From positions 1 through 64,000 of the forward strand of contig MCFE01000267.1 in assembly GCA_002104905.1 (NCBI GenBank): 64,000 bases of DNA, in the 5' to 3' direction. Position 1 is the first letter of the stretch. The number at the start of each line of letters is the position of its first letter. The DNA comes from Basidiobolus meristosporus CBS 931.73. Lineage: Eukaryota; Fungi; Basidiobolomycota. Below are positions 22,724 to 38,711 of the stretch, piece by piece. A model generated the notes under the pieces. The model saw only the letters and a program-made list of their open reading frames with translations, was not told the DNA's origin and did no database searches. Position numbers and translations under genes: made by a program.

Positions 22724-23595
22724 CTGATATCAAAATCTGAACATATCCATTAATATATTCGACTCACTTCCCACCTCATCGAGATGAAGATCCCAGCATG
22801 CTGTGCTGTTTACGGGGCCAAGTCCCATGACCGGTTCTGCAGCGACGTTGATGCTATGATTCATTTGAGCGTTCTGGATCGGGCTCAATTTATCAAAACT
22901 TCTCTCTTGAAGATCACATTGGAGCCGACCAAGATCGCCAGCCCCAGCTATACGAGGTCTCGAGTTCGCCCAAGGCCGAATGCTTCGTCCAGGGACCAGA
23001 CAGTGCATACATCTGCCAGCCACATCAAACGCTGCACCCGTTCTCGTATGTTAAAGCCGTGATAGACGTGGCCTCCTTCGTCAGGGATTTTACTTATGTG
23101 TAGTGTGTGCTGAGCCAGTCCTTATCTTGTCCAATGATCATCGCTCGGCCTATTTATGCGCCACATGGTGCTTCTTTAGGAGATCTGACCATACCTCTGG
23201 AATCAAGTCTGCCGGGGCACGTGACTAGAAATGGTTCACCGATTTGAATGGATTTATTGAGGCGGGGGGAGGGGGCTAGGTGGCATGGAAGTTCTCACTG
23301 AAGGTCGGGATGTTCAGTGGCAACTACATCGACCTGATGCATATGGTTAGGATGTGATTTTCTCCCGGAATGGTGGGTCTCCCCGATTCACATTCAAGGA
23401 TACTACAAAGAATGAGGATTGGGTACGTTTGGGATAGGTAGTCGTGGGAGGGTCCTTGAACCGGTCAATCTGGTGATACACGTTGGGCATGAACGAATTT
23501 TTCATGGCTTCGACAAACGGGTGGGTGGATCTAACTTCTACGGATGGGCGCTCAGACTAGCGAGGTTCCATGTCAAGGGGACTCCGTATTTGGCT

Positions 23596-24861
23596 TTATT
23601 TGAGGGACTCCAACACTCGTATGTTAGGGCAGTGGGTGGCCAGCATGGGGATCACGTGGCCGAGTCTCTTGTCCGACGTACCGAAGCTAAGCTCCTTCAA
23701 TTGCGGTCCGGAGTGCTTGGCCAATGCTTCTATGGTCACATGGGTGATCGAGGTTCGTTCAAGGACCACTTTGGTGAGGGAGCACACCTCCACCACCTTT
23801 TCCATTCTCTCGTCGTTGGCACTCGGGCAACCTCGGAGCTCCAGGCACCTTAGATTCTCGAACCGGCTGAGCGCTCCGATGGAGGCGTTGTTCTTCCTCG
23901 TGCCGGGTAGCGGGAAGAGGTAGAAGTTCAACTTCAGGGTGGTCAGGCTCTGCCGGTGAAATTGGAGAAGAGTGTTGATCGTGTTGGAAATGGAGAGTGG
24001 CTCTGGGCACTCCAGTATCAACTCCTTGAAGGAGTTCGACTGTTGGCAAGCTAGCACCTTGGCCAATCCAAGGTCAAATATGGAGATGCAGGTACTGATG
24101 CGTATCCTTTCCAGCTGTCGGCAAGATCTCGAGATGATGGTGGCGTGTTCCATATCGAAGTCGGCAATCTTCAGGTCCAAATAGCTAAGCATGGTGTACT
24201 GGGAGTTCAGGGGAAAGATCCGGTCCAAAGGTATAGTCATTCCAACATGCAGTTTCTCCAACGTCGAGGAGTATTTGTCACAAAATGGAACCCAGAATCG
24301 GTGTAGAAGCTTCTCGATGCATATCTCCGGCAGCATCTTGTTAGGGTAGAAATTCGCGTGGTTGATGCGCTGCAGACCTTTGTGCAGCCAGCGCAAATCC
24401 ACGTCTCTCAGTAGTTCGGGGTAATTCTGCTCTTTGCGTAGTAATGAGCGCGAGAGAACGGGGCAGGGTGATTCGTAGCCGGAGATGGTTTTGGGATTGA
24501 CAAAGTGTGGGTTGGTGATGCAGGAGGTGAGATGGCAGCTTAACTTTCGTACAATTCTGGTCGCACCATTCAGCAGCGGGCTGGGGGTGAGCCGCTGCGA
24601 GATGGTTCTCTTGCGTTTGCTCTGCTTTTGATCAACCGCTTCTATCTGCTCCAGGAGGACTTTCAGCAGCTTCTCAAAACGCAACAACCCCTCGGGGCTT
24701 CTTTCTACGTCGCCGAACGTTCGCCACGGGCTCTCGTACAGATACGCAATTGAACATTCAAACCATCGTCGGTTCACCTGACAACTTTGATACAGCGTGG
24801 AATGATCCTTTCTGAGCCATTTGAAGATGCTGTCCAAGGATGCACTGGGTAAATCAGACAT
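23596..24861 (-). CDS. F-box / leucine-rich-repeat (RNI-like) protein
   Basis: MSDLPSASLDSIFKWL...LYQSCQVNRRWFECSIAYLYESPW is F-box-like; C-terminal LRRs (LSYLDL, LERIRISTC, LTTLKLNF, LRCLELRGC, LTKVVLERTSITHVTIEAL, CPNIRVL). The 3' end could extend through a weak 60-nt intron (GTGTTG donor). Confidence 0.82.
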   Translation of the reverse strand: MSDLPSASLDSIFKWLRKDHSTLYQSCQVNRRWFECSIAYLYESPWRTFGDVERSPEGLLRFEKLLKVLLEQIEAVDQKQSKRKRTISQRLTPSPLLNGATRIVRKLSCHLTSCITNPHFVNPKTISGYESPCPVLSRSLLRKEQNYPELLRDVDLRWLHKGLQRINHANFYPNKMLPEICIEKLLHRFWVPFCDKYSSTLEKLHVGMTIPLDRIFPLNSQYTMLSYLDLKIADFDMEHATIISRSCRQLERIRISTCISIFDLGLAKVLACQQSNSFKELILECPEPLSISNTINTLLQFHRQSLTTLKLNFYLFPLPGTRKNNASIGALSRFENLRCLELRGCPSANDERMEKVVEVCSLTKVVLERTSITHVTIEALAKHSGPQLKELSFGTSDKRLGHVIPMLATHCPNIRVLESLK

Positions 24862-26101
24862 ACAAAGTTCCAGGATCAATGAGGGAATTGTGTACGAATG
24901 GGCAAGAGGCTTGAGAGCAATGTGGTGATCAGACTCGATTGGGGATGCCAGAGTCTTATATGCCCGACCCGCCCATCCACATTAGGGGTGGGTGGATTGG
25001 TGCGAAGATTTCTTGGTTTCTCCCAGGTGTATCCTGACTCTAAACCGCTTCTCAAACAGTGTTTATAGAGGAGTTGCCATTTGAAATTCGCAGCATGTGC
25101 CGGCACTTCGAGTGCGCTGATGCTGGGTAAATCAATGTCTTGGTGCAGTTTAGCTTGGGACCTGTGTTCGTCATGACTGCCGTGTTATTCAGGGATTCAG
25201 GCTTAGAGGCTTACAGGTTTAGCCTGATTGAGACATTGCTCGTCATTTTTGGGTACAATCAACCCATAAACACTAGGGTTGGGCACTCATTGATTAGAGG
25301 AACATGGGTAACACACCCGTTTCACTCGGAATGCCCACCTATGTCCAAAGGGGTAGATCCGAAGAGTCTCAAGCTTAGTGGGAATTCTCAAGATTGCCTT
25401 CGAATGCCCAGCGTCTATTTGCTGCAGGTGGGTCATCGGAATCCTCCATCAAGTTACTGAAAGAAATGAACCCTCGTCATCTGGCGGCCCTACTCGTGAC
25501 ACAGCCCATCTGCGTTGGGCTTCCCTTGCTACTCTGATGAAGCCTTTGTGTGCTGGGCTCTCTACCTTGTTTCTCTTGTGTGCATTGCCTTGTCAGTTTC
25601 TCCTTTTTTGTTCCCCAAAAGTGATTAATTAAATCATGTACTCTGCATGCCATGTCGTTGTTGCTAAACCGGATGACATGATTAGATACCGAGGAGGATG
25701 AAACACACAACAATAAGCTTGCAGCCGTCGCGTGAGGGTCCCTGACAAATTCGCTTGGAACACTTTATTCAACTATGAAGCTAGGTCAAGGGAGCATAAT
25801 GGGCGCTTCAGTGGGTTTGTATCGTCCGATCCGCATCAGTTTACTGTTCAGCTTGGAGGTGTCGGCTGATCATGAAACAAAGCCATGTCACACGGACTCA
25901 TTGAATTCATATAACGTGAATTGGCTCCGATGACGCACCTCTCAGGGGCGAAAGTTGTCAACAGAGGGTTATGCGAATGCTAAGAACTATGTTACCATGC
26001 ACAGAGAATCCCACCCAGCTGCCCCGTGTATAGACAACCCACCCAGCCGGACCATTCCGGAGCCACGCTCATATCAAGGAGGAAGAGTTCCGGGGATTTA
26101 T

Positions 26102-27575
<1,474 letters not shown>

Positions 27576-29625
27576 ATTCGTTCGATGGCCTCTCGTTTCT
27601 CTAGCTGACTTCGGTAGTTTCTGGCCAGCGGTACCCTGCTACAGATTTATAAACATCGACCACCGGATTCGCCGTCTCGGATCTAACTCCCCCCCCCGCA
27701 TTCACGTCATCCAGGGTCAATTGGCGATGATTTTGGCCCCGTGTGAAGACGTCCCATCATCCCTTCACTTGACGGTGATGTGGTACACTTCATTCTTACA
27801 TCCCAACCTTCGCTGATTTGGGTGGAGGGTTTCGATCACTGTGGATGGTCCAGGTTTCATTGGTTGGGAATTACCAGGACTCCAATGGTGGTTTCTGCAT
27901 TGCGATGTTTGTTTGCTAGCTGGCCTCAGATCCTCCAGAATTATGGGGGCTGGGTGCCTAACCCTCGATGCAAGAGGCTGGCTTACTAATGTTGATGTGG
28001 AACGTTCGCCTGGTGCCTCTCTGCTTAACGGCACTTTGTCAGGGGCCGGTTGTGCTTCTCTTGGTACCATGCCATCGGCCTTCCGGCATTGGCCCATCCA
28101 ACCTATGGGCTACATGCCATTTGCAAATCCCTCGTCGATGCATAACGATGCTAGGCATCGTCGGTTCTCCATCAGCAAGCGTCAATATCGACGAGGTAAC
28201 AGTCGAGATGGGGAATTTGTGGCGGAAAGTGTAATATCCTGAAATCGGCAACGGGGGTGCTTCAGTACCCAAATGAGGATATCCATACCTATGACTGGCT
28301 TACTGATACTGAGGGTCCATTCGCACCCTCGAATACAGTACCCAATGCCTCATAACGATAGAGCTCCGGAATCGGCCATTTCCAGTGAGACGATCATCTT
28401 TTCCATGATTACCAAGGATTGTTTCTCCTCACTAATAGTTCTTCTGGGACCGAGAGCTTGAATACCACTGTTCGCCAGAGGGAATATTCCAATAAATTTT
28501 GTGATAACCGGTTCTCCCTACCTGGTTCTCCATGGAGGGATCGGCCGGATGCTGCTGTGGTTACTCACCCTATCAACAGATTACTGTTCTGCATTTGCCT
28601 AGGATCGGATTTTTGTGGTGATTCTCCAGAAATTAGACCAGTATAAATTATATGGTTGAGCCTGTCCTGCCATTCTCAACCTTGGCCATATCGGGGTTCA
28701 TGGCGGGTGGTGGTGGACTAATTAATCGAATCATGCTCCTCCTTGATTTAGGCCTGCTCCGTGAGACAGCCGTGGGGACTGACTTCTCCGTCAAGGCGTT
28801 GGCCCCAACATCATCGTCGGGGGCAGGCCCGAAGGTGGCGCTGGTAGGTGCTGGATCATTACCGGAGAACAAGCTTCTCGAAACCTTGAAATGATGGCGC
28901 CTGTATTGGGTTGTGATGCGGTGAAGTGGAGGAAAGGCGTGCTCGAGGCCCTATGGTTTAGTTGATTGGTGATGAATACGGGCCAGGCCGGCAATATCCC
29001 GAAATCATTTCGAAGACAGGAGTGGGGCGGGGGGTTCCAGTTGCAAGTAATCGGTTTGACACTGAATTTTTCCTATTTCGAAGATACGGCACTTTCATCA
29101 ATCCATGTCACCCAGCACTGATCCCAGATAAGACTCTCCAATTGCTGTAATGTGAAAATACTCAAGGTGACCGGATTTTTCATTCACATCCAAAAGCCCC
29201 GGAAATTTGTACCCAACTTTCTGGGACCTTCTTCCAACCATGTATGTTGTTGGGCTTTTCAATACTCACACTAAAGTCTATCTACTTATGCTTCTGTTCA
29301 ATTCAATACATCCCCATGTGAAAAATCACCATTTCTTCTAAACCCCTTAAAATCCCTGTCAGAAATGATCACATTTGGAATCTTAGCCTTGGCAAATTAA
29401 ATCAGCCTCCACAACCATAATGAATATGATCTTACGGAGTGATTGGTGCTTGTATGTTACTAGACATACTGTATATTTATAACATGTTGTTACCTGCATT
29501 GGAGATATACCAGCCATCAGCAAGATTGCTGGCTTTTCTGAGGCCAATGAATGGTATCACTGTGGAATGAGTGAGATCCAGGGGATTCACCACACAATTA
29601 ACACACACAATTATTATCTTCATAC

Positions 29626-32600
29626 TGTTATAAGAGTCTTAGAGATATTGGAAGTGATTGGGAGAACAAGTAGATAATGTGTTTTTCACTTAATGATTTA
29701 TTGAATGTAAAAGTAGTATTTATACTTTTACCTGGTCTTGGCATTACAAACACAAAGAATAGGTTAAGGAAGGTCCCAAGAACATGTGTGCAAAGTTTGG
29801 GGCTGTTTGGACAACTTATCTAATTTTCATATTCTGGGTAAATATTCTAAGTAAATCCCAACAAGGAATTTTGGTCAGTATTCTCTAGGATTTGAAGGTG
29901 ATGATCTAAGTGACTAAGTTAGGTGAATATTTAGGTGGAAATACGAATTTTTACAACACTCCCACTCAGCTAAATGTTCATACTGACTAGTCCTAATTTT
30001 GACCTAAGATATTCAAACTTGTCTCTAGCTAATGGTTTGGTAAATATGTCTGCAATCATTTCATCTGTAGGACAGTAAACTAAGCTAACTAAGTTATTCT
30101 CTATAGCTTCATGTATGAAATGATGATGTCTAATATCTATGTGCTTGGTTCTAGCATGAAAAGTTGGATTTCTACCTAATTGTATACATCCTTGATTATC
30201 TTGAAATAAAGTTATAGGCGTTTTTTGACATAGGCCTAAATCTGTAAAAAGTTTTCTTAACCACATTGCTTCTTTTGTAGCTTCACAAGCTGTCATATAC
30301 TCTGCCTCTGTGGTGGAAAGTGCTACAGTTGGTTGCTTTCTTGAATCCCATGAAATTGCTCCTTTACAGTAAAGAAAGGAGTATCCTGTGGTGGATCTTC
30401 TGTCTTCAAAATTTTGTCCCCTATCAGCATCAGAGTATCCCACAAGATCCTGTTCTGAATCCTTATAAGTGTATCTTAAGCAGATATCAGCAGTTCCTTT
30501 TAGGTATCTAAAAATCTGCTTAACTGCTGCAATATGATCAGATCCATAGTTCTGATTATGTTGGCTGACAACTCCCACTGAATATGAGATATCTGGACGT
30601 GTTCCAAGCATGATATACATCAGACTGCTGACCATAGATTGATAGGGAAAGTCAGGGCCTTCAGATGGCACCAAGCTCTCTTGATTTGGTTGAGTTTTGA
30701 CCAAGTTAAGGTTTGTCTCCATTGGGGTAGCTGCCGGTTTACAGTCTTCCATTTGGTACTTCTTTAGTATATCTTGAATATACTTGAATTGGCTTAGGGT
30801 GATAGTCTGGGTACTTCTGTCTATGGAGAACTTAATCCTTAAGTAGTAACTGAGTTCTCCTAGATTGGACATCTTGAACTCTTTAGATAGGCTGGATTTA
30901 GTCTCTTCCAATGTTGCAAGGTTATTGGCAGCTATAATAAGATCATCCACATATAGAGCTAATAGAACTGGATTTGCTCCATCTGGCTTATAGTATATAC
31001 TATAGTCAGCATTACTCCTTTTGAAACTCAAAGATTCCAAATAAGAATCTATCTTGCAAATCCAGGCTCTTGGTGATTGTTTGAGACCATATAGTGACTT
31101 TTTCAGCTTGCAGACCAAATGGGGGTTATCTTGGTCAACAAACCCATCAGGCTGGTCCATATACATCATTGTCAAGTTCTCCATTCAAAAATGCAGTTTT
31201 ACATCCATTTGATGAATAAAAAACTTATATTTTGCTGCAATAGCCAATATTAGTCTGATGGAATTAAACTTGGCTACCGGTGCAAAGGTCTCAGTATAGT
31301 CAAGTCCTTTTGTTTGAGAGTATCCTTTGGCTACAAGTCTTGCTTTGTATCTTTCAATTGTACCATCAGCCTTGAATTTTGTCTTGAAGACCCATCTGCA
31401 TCCAATTGATTTTGGTTGATTGGTAATTTGACTAAATCCCAAGTTTGATTTTCCATCAGGGCCTGATATTCCTCAGTCATTGCAGATCTCCAAAACTTTG
31501 TCTGAGGGCTATTTAGGGCCTCTTTTACAGTCTGGGGCTCATCAATATGGACTGAATAGGAATAGGCTAAGTTTGTACTCTCATTGATATAGTAATTTGG
31601 GCTATTTCTTGTCCAATTGGATCTCCGGGCATTTGATACTGGAATGAGCACTTCTGGGATATTCCTGGGCACTGATTCTGGCAGAACCATGGTTGTTGAG
31701 TCCTCTGGAGTGAAAAAATTTTCATTGTTTTGCTCTGATTCAATCCTCACAATTGGTGGACTTGAGATCAAATTTTTGTCATCATCTGATGTCATTTTTT
31801 GTGAAAATTTTGAATTTTCATCAAACAACACATCCCTGGACTTGATCAGCTTCTTAGCTTTGGTATTGTAGAGTCTGTATGCCTTACTCTCATTGCAGTA
31901 GCCCAAAATATGCATTTTACACTTTTTAGCTCAAATTTTGACTGATTTCCGGCTAGTTTTTTGGCATATGCTGTACACCCAAATATTCTTAGATGTTCTG
32001 CACTTGGTCTGTATCCATACCATGCTTTAAATGGAGTAGAATCACAAAGTATTCTGTTATAACTCCTATTTTTAAGGTATACGGCAGTGGCAACTGATTC
32101 CGCCCAAAAATCATAGGATAATTTTTGATCATAGATCATAGATCTTGCCATATCAATTATTGATCTGTTAGCTTGTTCTGCTACTACATTTTGCTGTGGG
32201 GAGTATGGTACAGTAGTCTCTTGCTTTATCCCATGAATTTTGCAGAAGTGAATGAAGAGTTTTGAGGTATATTCTCCACCATTGTCAGAGCATATTTTCT
32301 TGATGTTTTCACCAGTTTCTCTCTCCACCATGGCTTTAAACTCACTGCGCTTAGACAGAGCTTCTTCCTTTCTCTCCATGAAGTAGACCCATGTGTATCT
32401 TGTATAATCATCAATAAAAGTGATTAAATACTTCATCCGCCTAAGGATAAATTTTGCATAGGTCCACACAGATCTGAGTGAAGTAGATCTGATTTTTTCT
32501 TAGTTTTGATTAACCTAGAGCTCTTGAACGGTTGTCTAGCTTGTTTCCTGTATATTCAGGCTTCACAGTGCTCCAAATTAGCTGGGGGATCAATTTTCAC

Positions 32601-34291
32601 TCCAGAAATTAGCTGATCTTTGATCATTTTACGCAAATAATCAAAATTGATGTGTCCAAGTCTCCTGTGCCAAAGCATTGGTGTTTCTTCATTTAAGTTA
32701 CTTATATTGGCTTCCAAATATGATGGAATATAAGTCAACTTGTATAGATTCTGATCTTTGATGCCCAAAGCAATATGAGCACCATTTTGATCAGTGATCC
32801 TACATCCAGAATTGTCAAAACTGAAACTGATTCTTCTGCTGTGGCCTTGCTTACAGAGAGTAGGTTCTTGGCTATCTCTGGTACATAGAGTACTTCTTTA
32901 AGGGTCAGTGTATGGCTTCCTTCACTGCTTCTAAGGTTTACTTGGATAGTTCCTTCTCCCACTGCATTAAGTGTTCTATTGTCACCCATGAAAACCTTCT
33001 TAAATGGAATTTCTTGATATTGGGTAAAAAGTTCTTTTTGGTGTGTAAAGTGTTGAGAAGCTCCAGAGTCAATATACCACATCTGAGAATCCTTGTTTGT
33101 GGTCATATTTAGTGCAGATATGAATAGTCTATCTTCAGTTGTTGCAGCATTTCCATATTCAGGCTTCTTTTGCTGATTATCTTTCTTCTTGAGACACCGG
33201 TCTGATGTGTGTCCTTTCCTTTTGCAGTAGTTACAAAACAGGTTGCTGTTGCCTTTGTAGGGTCTTGGGTACCTCCTTTGTGGGTTATTATTGCTTATTA
33301 AAGCATTTTCTTTTTCCTTCCTATTGGCACTTGATTTTCTTAATTCTTCATCCAGGAGCCTTCCATATACGTATTTTAAGGTCAAATCTTCAGTTCTGGA
33401 CTCTAGGGCTGATACCAGGCCCTGAAACCTGTCTGTGAGGCTATTCAGGATGGAAACTATCACATCCTCATCAGCAGTTGGTACGCCCCCAGATTCCATC
33501 TCATCTACCAGCAGGGTAATTCTGTTAATTAGATTTTTCATTTCTACTCCTGACAGCATCTTTGTAGTTAAGAATTTTCATCTCAGATACATTTTCTTAG
33601 CAGCTGAACATGACTGGTAGGTGTCTTCTAATGCTTTCCAGGCATTCTTTGCTGTTTTTGCTCTTGAGCATTGAATTAGCAATTTGTCCTTGACATTAAG
33701 GCAAATGGAGTTAAAGGCACTTTGTTCTTTCTTCTGGTACTTTAAGACTTCCTCTCCCACGTTTTTAGGAGGGCATTCTTCTCCCATGACAATATCCCAA
33801 AGGCCTCTTTCTTGTAACAACATCTTCATCTTCACCTTCCACACTTGGTAGTTAGATCCATCCAACTTTTCAGCAGAGGGAAAAGTTCCAGTAATAGCAG
33901 TAGTAGACATTGCAGAGAGTGACAGCTTGGGGCTCATAACCTGTGGTAAGAGTCTTAGAGATATTGGAAGCAAACGGGAGAACAAGTAGATAATGTGTTT
34001 TTCACTTAATGATTTATTGAATGTAAAAGTAGTATTTATACTTTTACCTGGTCTTGGCATTATAAACACGTAGAATAGGTTAAGGAAGGTCCCAAGAACA
34101 TGTGTGCAAAGTTTGGGGCTGTTTGGACAACTTTGAGAATTTTCATGTTTTGGGTACCTGGTATTTTGGTGAAAATATTCCAAGTAAATCCCAACAAGGA
34201 ATTTTGGTCAGCATTCTCTAGGATTTGAAGGTGATGATCTAAGTGACTAAGTTAGGTGAATATTTAGGGGGAAATACAAATTTTTACAACA
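29626..34291 (-). mobile_element. Full-length Ty1/copia LTR retrotransposon (copia-1), inactivated
   Basis: 5' LTR 33942-34291, 3' LTR 29626-29958 (17-nt internal deletion), perfect 5-bp TSD CATAC (29621-25 / 34292-96), PBS GGTTATGAGCCC, PPT GAGTGGGAG. Gag (KLDGSNYQVWK; CNYCKRKGHTSDRC), PR (WYIDSGASQH), IN (LWHRRLGH; FIDDYTRYTW; SDNGGEY), RT ([14 protein letters not shown]; LYVDDL), RNase H (GYSDAD; EAEY; DIFTKPL) in copia order with several stops/frameshifts. Confidence 0.97.
33930..33941 (-). other. Primer-binding site GGTTATGAGCCC of copia-1
   Basis: Immediately follows the 5' LTR end (...CACA) on the minus strand. Confidence 0.85.
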
Positions 34292-34689
34292 CATACAAGC
34301 ACTAATTGTATCCTAATTCCACAGGGGGAGCATATAAAAGTCAACAAGCTACTAGCCAGAATCTCCAATTTACTAGAAGACAATGATATTAGAATGAAAG
34401 GAGTTAGCTAGCCACTAGTAGTAGACCAGAAAGAATGGCAACAAATGTGCAAAAAATGCAAGAGAACTCAATGGTTCCTGTTGAGCAGATGATGGATGGA
34501 TGTCATGCAAGGAACAAACACAAAGTGGTGGACTTTAATGGAGTCAAAGTATGGGATTGGGTGTGAAGCTCATATAGGGCATGTGGGATTTCTGTTTTTG
34601 GGGTGGAAATCTGAGAAAAAAGGCAGTGAGCCCATCAGAATCAACATTGCAACTATTAAAGTGAAAGATTTGTTCAATGTGATTCAAAG

Positions 34690-35310
34690 GTTGCATTACA
34701 GTTTTGGTGAAGTCCTAGGGCTTGCTACCTCTGAGCTATATGATCCCAATTTTGCAATAGCCTTTTGTCAGGACTGTCAAATTTACTTTTCACTAGCCTT
34801 ACTCTCCACCAGGTTGCAGTCAATATGGCTATTAGGCTGTATGAAAATTAATTGTGATGATCCAGTCAAATGGCAGTCAAAAAACTTATATCCTACAACT
34901 AATTGGTATTGATACCGTAGGGGCACTATGCAAAGACTGTGGGAAAAAAATTGCACCTCTGATTTCACAAAAACTCTGTCAAAACTTCTCATCCCAATGT
35001 CCCTGAGTTGCTTTTGTTTGTTTTCTGCCATTTATTGCACTCTCTGATGCTTGACACTCAATTGCCTCCTACATTTGTGTACACTAATAGACAGTTGCCT
35101 CTTATTCATGCTCCTTACTTACTGATTCAACTGGTGTGCTTACCTGTCATGCATACAAATTGTTTATCCACATGGAATCTCTTGCTGTAACTCAATTACA
35201 GAATGTACTGACTCATGCAGTCCCTATACCCACTACTAACATTAGGCCAAGCCTCATACTCAACAAATCATTCCATTAAAATTCACCACTCAATAAGTGC
35301 CTCTGCTGTC
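34690..35310. repeat. Unclassified dispersed repeat family X, copy 1 (others at ~37500-38520 and, inverted, ~41560-42260)
   Basis: Shared segments such as gtagggg.cact.tgcaaa...attgcacctc.gatttcacaaa and gtccctatac...aacatta.gccaa; the 41560-41885 segment is the reverse complement of 38195-38520. Confidence 0.6.
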
Positions 35311-36150
35311 AATCTCTTTGCCCATAGCTTTGGCAGGAACACAGAAGCTTTATGCCATTGTCTGTTTACTGGTTCTGATACATCCTAATCTTCAGCCAGC
35401 ACTGCAAGGTCTAGTATTTCATCTGCAAGTCTTTGCAATAAGTCCTTTAAGTGATTGAGTGCATTTTCTTGAGCACTGTTCTGGAAGATGTGCTGCAACA
35501 CCTTTGTGTGCCTATACCATTCCAAATTCCATTGTAGATATAACAATTGGTGTTAGATTTCTTGACATTTTTGCTTTGCCTATCAATGGGATCTCCACTC
35601 TGTATACAATGGAGACTGAAGAGGCTGTGGTAGGCCAATTGCCCTTCTCTACAAACTCATCCTAAATGAACAGCCATCATGCAGCTTGCACCATAAGACC
35701 TAGAGACCCTTTTGATGCCAGCATGTGTTACCAGTTACATGGCACTCACATCAAAGAATGCCAGTATTGCAAGGTGCTCAACTTGTCAGGAATTCACTAC
35801 CATAAAAGAAAAGCATTATTTGTATTCCAGATACATTGCAGTAATTCTGTGTCTAAAGAAGCTCATGCAGTCAAACAAGTATTTTGAAGCCCCAAGTTAC
35901 TGCACCTAGTATCAATCAAGCACAAATATTTCTATTCTATATATATTGGTATATATTGCAAATAGCTAAGAAGTAAGGGCTACTCTAAAGGTATGTATGA
36001 GAATACCCTTGCCTTGACACTTGATGAGTTCTTGTTAAACAGGTACTCAACCAGCAAGTCCTACAGGCTACTAGTTTTCATCAATCAGCATCTGCTGTCA
36101 TTTGTATGGTGTAGTGGGGTTATAGTACAGCCCACTGACATATGTGCACA
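35310..36150 (+). mobile_element. Internally deleted CACTA/EnSpm-like remnant (ORF2 3' end fused to mid-transposase)
   Basis: tcttcagccagcactgcaagg matches 60285 region; 35666-36090 is a decayed copy of 62980-63370 (LRKLMQSNKY, ALTLDEF vs ALALDGF). Confidence 0.75.
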
Positions 36151-38711
36151 TTCCCATATCTTCTGCTTACCTATTTTCCATTACCCTTGTTTTGATTTTA
36201 TTGGGCATGTCTTGTTTAATCAGTACTATCCCATAAGATGGCTGACTATTACATGTGCTTATTCTACTGTACAAGTTACTCCTCACTTAATATAAAATTA
36301 CCAAATACATGTGCCTCTATATAAGGCAAGTATTGGCACTAATATCTATGACACATGACTCATGTTGTATTACCATACCCATTATTCTCATCTCATATTT
36401 GCTATCCCTATGTTACAAAGGTTTCACAATATTAATCCCTGACTGGTTGGACTCACTGTGCTTCTTAGAGCCTTCTGGCAGCTTAATAGAGCACTCTTAG
36501 CTATTCTGATGTTTTTAAGAATGCTGTTGATCTGAGGAACCTTCAAGAGCACCATGATTAGTAATCACTTAACCAGTGAGGCATATATAAATGAGAGATA
36601 CTACCTCAAAAATAAATTGTCATCCTTTTTTCAATGTTCCAACCAGTTAATTGGTGCAATCACTGCTGCCTGCTGCTCCCTGAGCTTTCAATCCAAGGTC
36701 ACGGGACACTTGTAGGAAGCTGTGCTAGCAGCCAACTGTCCTTGGAAGCAATCCTGCAGACAAATACTTGGGGTAGATATCTCTTATTATATTTGATTCT
36801 TTCCCCAGCTGATGATTGTGTGATCAAAGATACTTTTCTGTCATTGTAACTGCTGATCATAGCTGCATTCCTAAAAACTCCATGCAAGTAGAGTTTACAG
36901 TTGTTTTGCCTTTGGAAGCTTTGGTACATTGTCTTCTCAAGGGACACTGAGCCCTGAGTATAATTATGCTAAGATGCTAACAAAGTTGGGGATTGTAGCT
37001 CAATAGTTCTGCCTTGTCAAGCTTGAGGCATTATTTTACTTCATATCTGTGTAGAAACAAAACCTAAATATACCTAGCCAGCTTTTGCTGGAGGTTTCAC
37101 CCAGTGAGCACCCTACATATTAATATACTTGTGAAGTGCTGGATGTATCTCTCACTTGGACTGAGATAACACTTGATGGTATCTGAGCAGAAATCTGATG
37201 GTGGTTTCTGTAGTAGCTGGGTCAAAGTTGCCATCCAGCCTGCATAGCTACCTATATCTATTGCAGGATGGGTTTTATATACCATTCAGCTGGCTACTAG
37301 TAAATTGCTGTCATGCCAAAGGATATATTACTAGTTGAACTGGAAATACCCCAGCCATCAGTCAGATAAACAGCTTATCTGGGCATAGTGGCTGGTGTTA
37401 CTGATGAATGTGTGAGATCCCAGGATTTATTTCATAGCTCACATAGATTATTGCTATTCAAATGCCAGTACAAAAAACTTCAGCCTTCCACAGAGTAAAC
37501 ATGCAGAAGTTATTGCACAATGGCAGCATAGCTAGCAAGCTATGAGCCATTGCTTAGAATATAGAACTAATCAAGAACCAGTTCTATACAAGATAGAGGA
37601 GATCTACTGGTGTAAAAGCCTTTCACTGGTAGGAATCTATGTGCTTACCAACATTATTTCAGTCTCCAATCATTATTTACCTGCATATGCAACAATGCAA
37701 GTTAGTATAAAAATAACTTACATAATCCCATTAATAGGCCATGATAAAATTTCAATCATATGACTAAGACGTATTTATCCTGTAGGGACACTGTGCAAAA
37801 ATCATTGCAAAGTATTGTACCTCATATTTCACAAATATTTGGTCAAAATACCTCAACACAACAATTCCTAAGTTGCTTTTGACTGGTAGTTGCCATTTCT
37901 GCCACTCTCTGATTCCAGCAACTCAGTTATCTTCTATGTTGGTGTACATTGATTGCCCATCATCTCTTTTTCACACTCCTTATTTTCTGACTCAACAAGT
38001 GCTCTTACTTTTCATGCATAAAAGCTGACTTACTTGTGTTGCATCTTCAGTTGAAGCTTAATCATAGATGGTACCAACCTATTCAAGTCCCTATACTGAC
38101 CATTAACATTAAGCCCAACCTGATGCTTAGTAGGTAACTACATTAAGCTATACCATTCATAAAGTGTTTTGATTGTCATGCGCTGACTATAAATAGGGAC
38201 AAGGCAGGAGAGTAGAGCTAGGCAAGGCAGAACTAGGAAAGGGCTTAGGTGTGGATCAACAAGGCAAGGCATGTTTCCAAGGCAAGGTTGCTTATTCAAG
38301 ACCTGTGTTTATCAGACTGAAAAATACATAAGGGGGAATAAGACTGTATATACTTTTAGGCTACATGCATGCCAAGAGATATTGGCCAATACTGTTGGGG
38401 TTCTTGGGTAAGGCTCAGTAAGTGTGCCAAGATAGAAATATACTAAAGAACAGACCATAATATCACATGGGGACATGCCAGTGGTCAGCTGATCATGAGA
38501 CTAGGTCATATGACATGTACCTACCATATGGTATTGAGCTACATATATCCCAATGGGAAGCTTACATGGAATATTCCATTGTGTGAAATCACCTTGGAAC
38601 TTTCAAGAAATTGCTAGAATGTTGTAGAACTCTTGAGAACAAATTGGTATTTTTTTGCTATCTTGAATTGGCCAGATCATGAAAGGTCAAGGATGTGATG
38701 TGAACATGACA

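Noticed and set aside
38174-38711. Solo LTR with TGTCATG...CATGACA ends
   Set aside because: No TSD, and the left end lies inside sequence shared with repeat family X copies, so the termini may be coincidental.
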